Shown piece by piece: positions 11,901 through 22,246 of a stretch of 64,000 bases of DNA. The notes below the pieces were generated by a model. That model made no database searches, was not told the origin of the DNA, and saw nothing but the letters and a program-made list of their open reading frames with translations. Numbering within the stretch: the first letter of the stretch is position 1; each line of letters starts with the position of its first letter. A program made the translations under genes and the position numbers. The stretch is taken from NCBI GenBank assembly GCA_051294375.1, contig CM119266.1, positions 8,642,606 through 8,706,605 on the forward strand, read 5' to 3'. This DNA comes from Paraspadella gotoi (Eukaryota; Animalia; Chaetognatha).

Positions 11901-12840
11901 CCTTGGAGCCTCTCTTCTTGCAGTCGGAGCAGCCCTTCATGGCACCGAAGGCCATCATGTCGGAGACGGCGTCGAGAACGTCGCTCTCGCCGGTGGCCGG
12001 GAATTGCCCGTTGTATTCGAGGAGTTCCTTGAGGGCAGGGATGCTGGCCTCTTTAGCCAAAGAGTCGCGAATTTTCCAAATCAATTTGGACTGTTTTTCC
12101 ATCGCTTTGGCCAACTCCGCCTCTTCCGTCTTCACCTCAGTCTTGACCTTTTTGGCGCTCGGCCCCGCGGCTCCGTCACCATCTTCCGTCTTCCTCTTGT
12201 CGGCCGATTTGGCCGACGACCCCTTGCCCAGTTTGGCGAGGATCTCTTCCCTGTCCTTCTCCCTCAAGTCCAGGAATCCTGTCATAATAGTTGGAGACTT
12301 GTCCGCCCCGAACCCAAGCTCTTCCCTGTTGGCCACGAAGCAGTCAACGTGGTTCCAGTTCATGTAGGGTCCGTACATGGCGGCGCGCGGATCCTCGTAG
12401 TTCATTCGACCCAAGCGAATCTCGTTCTTGCCGATCTTGGCGCTGCATCCCTTGCAGGTGGAGGCACCGCTCTTGGCGTACTCGGCGCCGAAATCGCTCT
12501 TCCCGGCGCCGCCCTTCTTGGCAGCACCCTTCTTGCCCCCTTTGCCCTTCTTTGGTTCGGGCACGTCGCCGGACGCGATCTTGGCGATCTGCTCTTTGAC
12601 CTTCTGCTGATCATCCCAACGCAAGTTGTCGAGGCCGTCGACGTCGGCGGCGTCGCTCGGTCGCGCTCGATCCCAGAAACAGTCGAAGTGGAACCAATTG
12701 GGCGTCTTTCCGTCGAATTGGAAACTCTGCACCATGACGGCCATGCGGAGGACGTCCTTCTCGATCTTCTCCTTGCATTTCTTGCAGGCGGCGCGGCCGC
12801 TCTTGGAATACTCCGCCTTGAAGGGAAGATCGTCGGACAT
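8968..12840 (-). CDS. PARP1: Poly(ADP-ribose) polymerase 1, 4 exons, about 1044 aa
   Basis: Exons 11770-12840, 10382-11551, 9751-10119, 8968-9492 splice in frame. Domains: Zn1 ([14 protein letters not shown]), Zn2 ([14 protein letters not shown]), Zn3, BRCT, WGR (FRSWGRVGT), helical domain (MPLGKLSK) and the catalytic H-Y-E triad (WHGSR, GIYFAD, YNEFIVY). AATAAA lies about 30 nt after the stop. Confidence 0.97.
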
Positions 12841-13614
12841 ATTTCGGCAGGTTTTGTTTAGGGTTTTGGTTCGTCCGAACGACGCGAATCGTTAGGGGGG
12901 GAGGGGAGTTTGTTTAGTTTTTCTATTAAAGGTCGTCTAAAAATACATGGAAATATAACACTTGGTAAGATACGGTTGGCTTTTTACGTGAAAAAAACAA
13001 AACATTCATTTCAACTAAAGGAATCAATCACCGTTTAAAAAATGTCTGCTCCCTCTGATTCTGAACTTTGAAATTTCACAGGAAAATTAAAAAAAAAAAA
13101 AAAAGAATTTGAGATAAACGGCGAGTCACGGAGAATATCGCTGATAAACAATATAATAAGAAACCGTCAACAATCGAATCAACTCATTATTACTAAATTC
13201 AAAGGAGCGTAAACTACTATCGAAATACGATTAAAATGGACACTTGGACAGTCAATAAACAATCCAAGCGGACAGGTCAGTAGAGTTTAACAGGACATTC
13301 GACGAAGACTGGCAGTCTTTGAAGAAACAGCTCGGTCATTGAAGAATGTCGAGTCGGTCGTCAAACTCGTCAAAACCGGACCCGAGGGTGGAGCCACTGA
13401 AATCGGCGATAAGACGCAGCTTGACACTTAAACCGAGCCGCGAGTTCGATAAATACTACGAGGATTATCTACAAATTGCAAGAATTACATCTAATCAAAA
13501 CAAAAACATTGTAAAAACAAACAAAACAACAAAAAACAACAGTTTGAACGACCACAGTTCCCCTTGCTGTAATTCGGCCCGTCATTTGTTCAAAGCCACG
13601 TTTTTCTCCACGAA

Positions 13615-13885
13615 TTAACCAATCAGAAGACATAATTTTCGGAAGTTAACTATGCGATTCTTAACTAAACAGTGATTGGTTTACCGTGCTCATGGCTTTT
13701 CGACTACGAGACCAATCAGCGTTTTAATTTTAAACGTTAACGACGCGAATTTAAGAGGAAGAGAGCAGCCAGATTTGATTCGTTGAATCCGATGTCATAT
13801 GGTTCGATGGGTGCAATGGCAAAGTACCATCTTATGACGTTATTGCTTGTTGTACTAATAAGATTAACGAATTTCGATTGGCTTC
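13615..13885. promoter_or_regulatory. Cluster of CCAAT (NF-Y) boxes plus an ETS-like CGGAAGT upstream of PARP1
   Basis: AACCAATCAG (~13617), TGATTGGTT (~13673), ACCAATCAGC (~13711), GATTGGCT (~13877) and CGGAAGT (~13640) lie within about 270 bp, 0.8-1 kb upstream of the PARP1 ATG. Confidence 0.4.
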
Positions 13886-14324
13886 TGGTTTGTGTCGTAA
13901 CCTTAGTTCGCCAACCCACGTCGATCTTTTCCCAGAACACTAGTTTAGCCACGTTATTGATCGTTATTTTCCGTTGCTAAAACGACGAGATATAAATCCA
14001 ACCTTTTCAGCATTATTTCCTTTTAATTTAACATATTTAATTCGGGGATTCTTTGACACGCGGTCCTAGTGTTTTAGAACCTGAATCAACGAATGAAAAA
14101 ATAACATTAAATTAAACAAAATTGCGGCTCTAGGGAACCGAAATCCGCTGCGCTTGCTTTAATTTACGTTTGGAACAAAATATTAAAAACCTTTGAACAT
14201 CAGGTAAATATTTGTAATATTGATTTTAAAATCATTAAGGTTTTTTAAGCATTTGTAGAGTATAATGACTATAAGGAGTACTGGATATTGTGGATAATTT
14301 AGGCTAAGCAACGATGCGATCGCC

Positions 14325-14463
14325 TCATTTACTTAAAGTTAAAAGGCCTCCCGCTTCTGACGCTGTTAAACTGTCTCTGACACGCTCTGCCGATAAAGCG
14401 TTAAAACACCGGGATCGAACCCGCAACGAATTGTTGGGTTGGTGCATTGGGCCGCTGAGTAAT
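14325..14463 (-). mobile_element. Possible tRNA-derived SINE head (Pol III A/B boxes)
   Basis: Minus strand shows TTACTCAGCGG (A-box-like) and then GCGGGTTCGATCCCGG (B-box/T-arm), followed by a GC-richer body. There is no complete cloverleaf. Confidence 0.35.
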
Positions 14464-15266
14464 TTTTCTTTCGCGAAATGCACCTGATATTGATTTTTTT
14501 TTATTGATTTTTTTCTCGCCACCAAAATGCTAATTACAAAGCTGTGCTTCTTTCCATATATATTAACAACGAATTATGACATTTTTTTAAATATAGCTTA
14601 TCTAATAAATTTTTCAATTACTAATTATTTCATTCTTTCGTCTCTTTGACTTTGCCTATATTCCGTCGTTTCAACGATTAACACGTGAAAGAAACATAAA
14701 GAAAATCGATAGTATCAAATGAAAAAAGGAAAGAGAGAAAGAGAGAGAAATAGAGAGCGAGAAGGCGAAATGAGAGGGAGAACGAATTTCTATTATTTCT
14801 ACCTTTACTCCGACCACCAGTCGTTCCATCTGCCACACTGGGATCACCGATCACCCATACTCCTCAAAACGATAACCAAATTAGCATCAGCGACACAGCG
14901 AATCAAATCTTTTAAGCCGCGTTAAATAATGAAATCAAGGTAAGCTGAGGATGTGAGGTTGGAATCGAGGAATAATGAGCAAGGAAAATGTATTTAAGCT
15001 TATTTGAATTTACTACAAATATAAAGACTGACATTCTTTTTTAAAAGAATTAGGCGTCAAATATAAAACTGCCTCGATTACTTGTATCTATCGTTAAATC
15101 CCCGTAAAAACTTATAATGCAACACATTTGGTAACGGATTGTGCTAACAAAGCGTTGGTGTAATGTAATGTAATGTAATCACAGTTATTAAAACTTGAAG
15201 TATCAACAAATAATAGAGCAAAAGCAGCAGCTTCTCAATGGAGAATCGTTGTAGTTGCTTCAATCT

Positions 15267-18200
15267 TCAAGACCGGTTGCTGTGACTGTTGCTCCGTTTC
15301 AATTGAGCGGGAATCTTCCTCATCTTCTTCTTCCTTTCCTTTTTCCTCTCTTCCTCTTTCCTTCTTCGTCTTTCCTTTTCTCTGGTCGTCTGGCAAAGAA
15401 AGGAGGAGGGATAGTTATTAGGAACAGTTGAGGAGAATATTTTTTTTTCTTTCGGTAAAAATAAAAAGGAAATGATAAAATAAAATAACGCAAAAAAAAA
15501 AAAGAAAAACCATATCCTACTGCTATTCACCCTTAATCTGCTGTTCTTATCCGCCAAGCGCTTGGCTTCTCGTTTATCCATGACGTCGTCGAAGTCGTCA
15601 TCATCGTCGTCGGCAAGCTCGAACTCGCTCTTCCCTTTGCTGACTGTGACGTCCTCGTCGAACATGTCGCCCAACTCCTGTCTTCGCTCCAGCACGTCCA
15701 GGTCGCCCCCGCTGGTGGAGCAATCATCAAATTACCACAAGGAACAAAAACAACAAACTGTAACGACGTAACAAACTGAAGACAACAAAGAACGAAGGAA
15801 AATCAAAACTACTAGCAACTACATCACCCCCTCGGTTGCCTCACCTCCCGAAGCTTTCGGCCCCTCCTTCATCTGACTCTTCGTCCTCTTCCTCCTCGGA
15901 CTCCTCCTCTTCCGGCTCGAAGACGTCGTCCAGATACTCGTCCTCGTTCTCTTCTTCGTCCTCCTTTTCCTTCTCCTCTTCTTCTTCTTCCTCCTTCTCC
16001 TCTTCCTCTTCAAGTTGTTCGTAGTAGTCCATCATTTTGTCGGAGGTGAGGAAGGCGCCAGCCTGTGAGCGTAATGGATCCAATTATCAATCGATCAATC
16101 AATTTAGCAATTAAGGAAAAAATCATCTAACTTTCTCGACGACTCAATATCGAAATGCGAACCTCCACGTCGTTATTGTTGTTGTTGTATTCCCTTCCGA
16201 CGGTCGCCTTTTCCATCTCCATTCTATCCCCGGTTTTTTTGGACATAAATTTGAACCAGAGTCGCATCAAGACTCTGTCTGTCACTTCGCGTCCTGACAA
16301 CAAGTTGGAATAAGATATTCACAGAAAGTGACGAGTTACGGTCAGACAAATAAAACAAATGACTATGTAGTTCTGCAAAAATTAGACTTATTAGTTACTA
16401 CAATGCAGCAAAAAACAACCTAGGATTACCGTGATTGTTATCGACGAGCTTCATGAGAAAGAGACCATCTTTTCGTAAATAAACATCGAGAAAAGTCTGA
16501 ATAAGTTTTGGGTCAAACTTTGCTCCGTTGACCGTTAGCAGGTGGGTGATCATCTTCACTTGTTTCGGCCGCCAGTACATCCTGACCACAAAAAAATATC
16601 AAATTGTTTTTTCTGTATCTGCTTTCACTTTTTTCAGCCTTATTAATTAAAATTGATCAAATATTGTTATTAATTAATTATAAAATTAATTCATTGTTAG
16701 AAGACCTGTAAATCCAACGAATCAGGGATGCCGTATTGGCAAATGCCAAGTATCCCATGAACAGCGTGAGAATGGCGAAGATTTTGTCGTTGTACAAATT
16801 TATTGGCAGAAGGCAGTGGATGGTGTAACGGACAAGGTAACCGTGGATCTGGGGTTGACCCATGATCTCGCACAGTGTGTTGATGGGGAAAGTTTTGGAA
16901 TTGGTCCAAATGGCTGTGGGTGGATGATGTGGTAAGGGGTTATTTTTAATTTAGCCTTGAACGACATTTCTTAACCTTAACTAAGTAATTACCTCTAAAC
17001 ACAAAGTGCGTGACCACATTCCACGCATGGTCAAAGAGATTCGCTCCGTAAAATCGCGTCATGAAATGTAGTTGGACAAAAACGTTTATGACGTAAATGA
17101 TTTTTACCGTTATGTACAATAACGTCAAGAAGTTTCCCTGTTATGAAATTAAGTAGAATTAGTCTAGGGTTATTATTTGGAGTAAAAATTACTTTGAGCT
17201 TGAATTAAAAAATAAGCGACAAAGTATTCTAAAGTAAATTGTCTAAATTAGATTTAACTCTTATATTATTTATTTATTGATGTTTAAGTAACTATATATT
17301 TTTTTATTAAAAATTAGCAACCAATTCACCTTAGTTTTTCCGATGACTCTAAATTTGGAGGCGTCGTGTCTCTTCGCGGTTTTGAGATATGAATCGAATT
17401 GGACGGCGAAGTCTCTAGCGATTCGCCATCGCGCCCGGAATTTGTGTCGTTTTCTGATCAACCGGGCGCCGTTCATGAAAACTGGATGGGAGGTTGGAAG
17501 GATGCAAATAATTGAAAATATGAATTATAAAAAGCTCATGTCGGTGAAATTTGATAAACTTTGCAATCAGGATCGGAGCAGATTTTATTTCATCGTCACT
17601 TTCACGTTGACTTATTTGTGGGATGAAATTCAACATTTTTAAAAATTTTATTTATTTTTCAAATTTAACGTTGTCGCTTAACCGTCATGTCACCGAAGAC
17701 TCTCTCTAATTTTTCGGTCATAAGCCTATAAAATTACTTCCTGAGAACACTCATCAAGATTGAAGAACAACAACCACATCAAATTCTTTCATACCATGCA
17801 CCCCGAACCACACCTTCAACGTCGATTCCACTTTTCTTGTTCATCGACGTCCAGAAAAGATAAGGGAAGTAAAAGAAGGCAGCTTGAATAGGAAGGATGA
17901 GCGAAAGCCACTGGTAGTAGTTGATCTCTTCTTTGTGTCCTTTGGGGTTGACTATATTTGGATCCATGTGGAAACTATCGTGGTCCATTTCCTGGTGAGA
18001 TTTTCGGATAGGCATCAGTTGTTATTCAAATATTATTATTGTACTTAACTGTCTCTGTGCGAGGTGACAATCACGGAGAAAAAAAACGAGAATGTGTCAT
18101 TTAGTTTCATCGTAAATTAAGTTAACTTAATCACAATTTTTATCTTGGAATTAGATTATTAACTTAATTTCACGAAACATTTTTTTGTTGGACTATGTAT

Positions 18201-20861
18201 TAAGTAAATTATCCCTTTTGCACTACATTTGTCATGTGTTTGTACAAATAATTTTTGAATACTTTCAACCAAATCTGAGAAAATATTATATTATAACATT
18301 GTAAATTTTGAAATGTATTTTTCAACAGATATATATATATTAGTTAATAATTATTAGAGAATAATTTTACTGACATAGGAAATTTGCTTCGGGAGTCATT
18401 TTCTCGTAACATCACCAAAGAACTAAAAACTCAAATAATTTCTTTTATCATGCACGATTGTTTAAAAAAAAAACAGTCAAATCCCTAATTTTTACGTCAT
18501 ATACATAACATACTGACCTGTTGGGTTCTCTGAATTAAAAAAAACAAATTAACGCAGGTAAAACAAAAAAATTAAATCCATTATTTCTCATCTTTTTATT
18601 TTGACTTCATCTGGATTCTCTTCTTCCCATTCCCCTATCCTCTTTCCTTTCTCACCCCAAATCCGAATCTGTGAGGGTCGATGAACCCCGTCCTCGAGAT
18701 TTCCTCCATGGGCGACCTCATCATCGGAGTCTCGATGGCGTCGATGCCTCTGATCGGATCGTAGTTGGACGCGTTGACCATTTGATAGGTAGAGGCCGTC
18801 CAACAGTATATGTGAGTGTATCTGTTTTTAAAGAAAGATCCCATTGAGCTCGTGATTTTCTCTTAATTAGTTGATTTCGGTGCCATGCCAAAGTGCCAAA
18901 CGTAATCAGCTGGCTTCGAAAGAGATTTCAAAATGTTTCTTGCGAGTGAAACATCCAAACTTTAAACTAGGGTTACGATAACCGTTAACAGTTAACGGTT
19001 ATTAACGGTATAAAAATATTTTAACCTAACACGTTAATATATTTATTTTAACGGTTAAATTCGGTTAATTTTAAATATGATTTTTTTATTTTTGGTATAA
19101 AATCTTTGATTTTTTAAAAGAAAAATATTTTTTTCTTGTCCTCTCTTATTCTCCTCTCCTTTTCTCACCATATTTTTTCACCTCTCTCTCTCTTTTCCAT
19201 TTTTTCCTATTTTTTTCCTTTGTTATTTTCAACCCTTTTAATCTTTTTTCTATACTAATCTCCTTTTGTACCTTTCTTTTTCTTTCTTTCTTTTCCCCTC
19301 CCTCTTTTCCCCCTTTCTTTTCTCTCCTTTTTTTCTCTCTTTTTTTACCTTTTTCATTTTTTTCTTCCCTTCTAGTGTTTTTTTTCTTACTTATTTTCTC
19401 CCAATTTTTTTTTCGTTTTTCCTTTCAATTAATTTTATGCATTTATATCAAAGAATATAATGAAATATAATATATATGCACATGCAAATAGTTGCATACA
19501 TTTTCTTACAAATTAAATTCTTATTTAAAATAATATATAATTTTTTTAATTTCACTCTTTAAACAAACAAAGAAGCAAATGAAATAAAACCAAAATGAAT
19601 GAAAAAATTATTAAAAAAACTAAATAAAAATAAAAGTAATATAAAAAAATTAATAATAGAAGGAACTAATCTTAAAATGGACATTAAGGCTAACTAAAAC
19701 TATCCTTCAATCATGATATATTTTTTAATAAACTGAAAAAAATATTTAATAATCAATAAATTTTGGATCAATCGATCAATCAAACTTTCAATCAAAAAAT
19801 TATTATTCATAATTTATATTTATGGTTATGGCTTATAAAAAAATAAAAACAGAAAACAAACGTTCAAGAAACTAACAACTAAAAAAAAATGAAGAGATAT
19901 AATGAAATAAAAAGAGATAGAGAGAGAAAGAAAAAAACGAAACATAGAATTAGAATTACATTGTGGTTTTTCTTTCTTTGTTCTTTTTATATATTTTTTA
20001 TTATGCTATGAGGCAAAAAAAGTTTTGTAAGTAAGATTTATCACGATGCATTATCTAATTAGCTAAATTATCATAGGGGATTCAAAATAGTTTTCTCAAA
20101 CCAATTTTTCATTTACTAACTAAAATGTGTACCTATCTATCTGAAATAGAAGATAAAAAAGATTCAGGAGCAAGGGTTAAAGATAAAATATTATTAAATA
20201 CTTTAGTTTGATTTAAATAATAATATTTTAAATTTAAGTTAAATTATATATTGTGTATAGACTTTCGATTTCATTGTGTTTCGAATTTAGAGAGGAAAAC
20301 AATTTATTTGTTTTGTTTCAACGAATTTTTAGGACATTTTTTAGGACATGTTTCAACTCTACAATTAGAGTCTTCATCAGCATTGCAGCATCATTGCAGC
20401 ATTGCTGATGAAGACTCTAATTGTAGACTCAAAACATGGCCGAAAAAATGTCCTAAAAATTCGTTGAAACAAAACAAATAAATTGTTTTCCTCTCTACAA
20501 GTTAAATTATAAAATTAACCGATTTTAACGGTTAACCGTTAAAAATATTAGTTTTAACGGTTAAAGCGAAATTTCTCAAAAATTAACGGTTATCGGAACC
20601 CTACTTTAAACCCAAACCTAGCTCGTCAGATTGTGAATCGGATTGAAAAGGAGCGACTCATGAAATCGACCTGGACTGCGGTCTGGAGAAGGTCTGCGGC
20701 GTGAAGCACTGAATGGGTTCGCCGACGAACTGAGTCACGTCCAGGAGACAAGTGATGATGACCAAGAGCGACGTCGCGTAGAGATGATTGAGGCGGTCGA
20801 CGCCGTCGTCGATGCCCTCGTCGCGCATGTACCACTCGCGGAAGCGGAGGAGGAAAGCCAT
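15267..20861 (-). CDS. Innexin (gap-junction/pannexin-like channel) with long acidic C-terminal tail
   Basis: Exons 20671-20861, 18656-18821, 18518-18529 (12-nt microexon), 17795-17991, ~17694-17725, 17330-17481, 16993-17137, 16706-16913, 16430-16581, 16163-16293, 15845-16062, 15531-15711, 15267-15389. Motifs: DDGVDRLN, QFVGEPIQC, YCW, YYQW, FPINTLC, HCLLPINLYNDKIF, YLRKDGLF. Confidence 0.9.
18968..20603. mobile_element. Non-autonomous hAT-superfamily DNA transposon (1636 bp) in innexin intron 1
   Basis: Terminal inverted repeats TAGGGTTACGATAACCGTTAA and TTAACGGTTATCGGAACCCTA (1 mismatch). Perfect 8-bp TSD CTTTAAAC at 18960-18967 and 20604-20611. Subterminal TTAACGGT motifs are repeated at both ends; the interior is AT-rich and non-coding. 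Confidence 0.88.
20249..20498 (-). mobile_element. Palindromic hammerhead-bearing Penelope-like element (copy 3), nested in the hAT element
   Basis: Inverted repeat 20288-20497. Minus strand reads CTGATGA-A-GACTCT(aattgt)AGAGTT-GAAA-CATGTC; the plus-strand copy is decayed. Tail ACACAATGAAATCGAAAGTCTATACACAA on the minus strand. 13-bp direct repeat AAGTTAAATTATA at 20236-20248 and 20499-20511. Confidence 0.8.
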
Positions 20862-22246
20862 GGCCGTGGGGAGGAGGGGGAAGGGGGAGTGGAAGAAGAG
20901 GGAGAGGGAGGAGGAGCGGGAAAGAGTGGAGCGAGTGAAGAGAGTGAAGGATCGAGGGAAGAAAGGAAATTTAAGAAAAGAAAGACGGAAGAAAAGCTAC
21001 TTAGAAACAAAGCGAACTTTCTTTTGATTTAAATTTGAGTTATTTTTCAGTCGTGTTTTCAATTTTCCTAGTTTTTTTTTTCACATCTTCGTTTATTGCT
21101 TTCTATCTCCATATGCAGTGGACGATTAATAACTACATTAATAAAATACGGATTTGCGGATAAGTGGAAAAATGAAATTTTGAGGGAAAATATTTAATTT
21201 TTTCGACATTTTAAGACGTGATTCAAACATTTCACTTCTTCGTTAACATTAAAAACACAGTTCGAGATGCGCGACAATTCTATAGCGTGTAGAAATGCCG
21301 GAAAGTAATTTTAAATAATTTGTACGAGTCGAATTCTGACGAAATCCGCTGCTGGACAAAAGGCTCGGTTTTTCTCTGACGTCGCGAAACGCGCCGAGTT
21401 TTCGTCGAAAAAAAAATGAAAAGAAGCAAAATCTGAAGAAAAAAAAAATCCTGTTTAACCGCTTTTCTGTTTTGACGGTCTCTCTCTTCCGCCCAAACTT
21501 CTCTCGTCGTCGTCGTCGTCGTTGTCTTCGTCTTTCCATCGCCACAAACTATTTTCTTTTTCCATTCATGAAAGGTTTCTGCCGTGACTATTTTTCGAGG
21601 GTCTTGAGAGATCGTCGTCGTCGTCGTCTTCTGTTTTGATGTTTTTTTTTCTTTCGTCAATTGTGAAGAACGACGACTATGACTATAAAAAGAGGACAAT
21701 GACGATGAAAGCTGGCAACGATGATTCGATGATGACGAAAAATGATGACAGTGACGATATGATGAAGAATGATCACAAAGACACAACGGCGATGAGGATG
21801 ATTCCCTCCCTCGGAATTCGACGTAACTGATTTCAATCAGAAAATCTCGTCACGCGAGTTTTTTTCTTCTCATGTCAGATTTGTCGATGCTTGGTATTTT
21901 CGTATGTAAATCCGGTTGGATTGATTGGTCGATACAATGCGATTGATTGGTTTTAATTGGTATGAACCCATCTTACCTAGTTTACCGTAAGAATAATTCG
22001 TTTAATTCAAGCTCAAAAATATATTTTTAAAGTTTTCGACGTTCAAGTGTTTTCACCGACTGTCGGAGGGATGCGCCCTCCTCTAATGCATTTTAATTCA
22101 CAAACAAAAGATTGTTGATTAAACACCTCATTATTTATTTCGAATAATTTTAAACTACCTTAAAAAAGCTCACTGGTTCCTTCCAGCTTCTGCCTACTAG
22201 GACTCCAAAAAATTAAATAAACTAAATGTTTGTTTTATTCGTTTAA

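Noticed and set aside
11857-12861. 334-aa plus-strand ORF and other antisense ORFs over PARP1, OS9 and KLHL
   Set aside because: These are shadow ORFs from GC-rich codon usage on the opposite strand and have no recognisable motifs.
13213-13430. Peptide LGQSI...DIRRRLAVF resembling the C-terminal part of a non-LTR reverse transcriptase, or a small exon
   Set aside because: The similarity is short and weak, with an in-frame stop; it cannot be supported without a search.
14325-14463. Functional tRNA gene
   Set aside because: A T-arm/B-box is present but no acceptor or anticodon stems can be folded.
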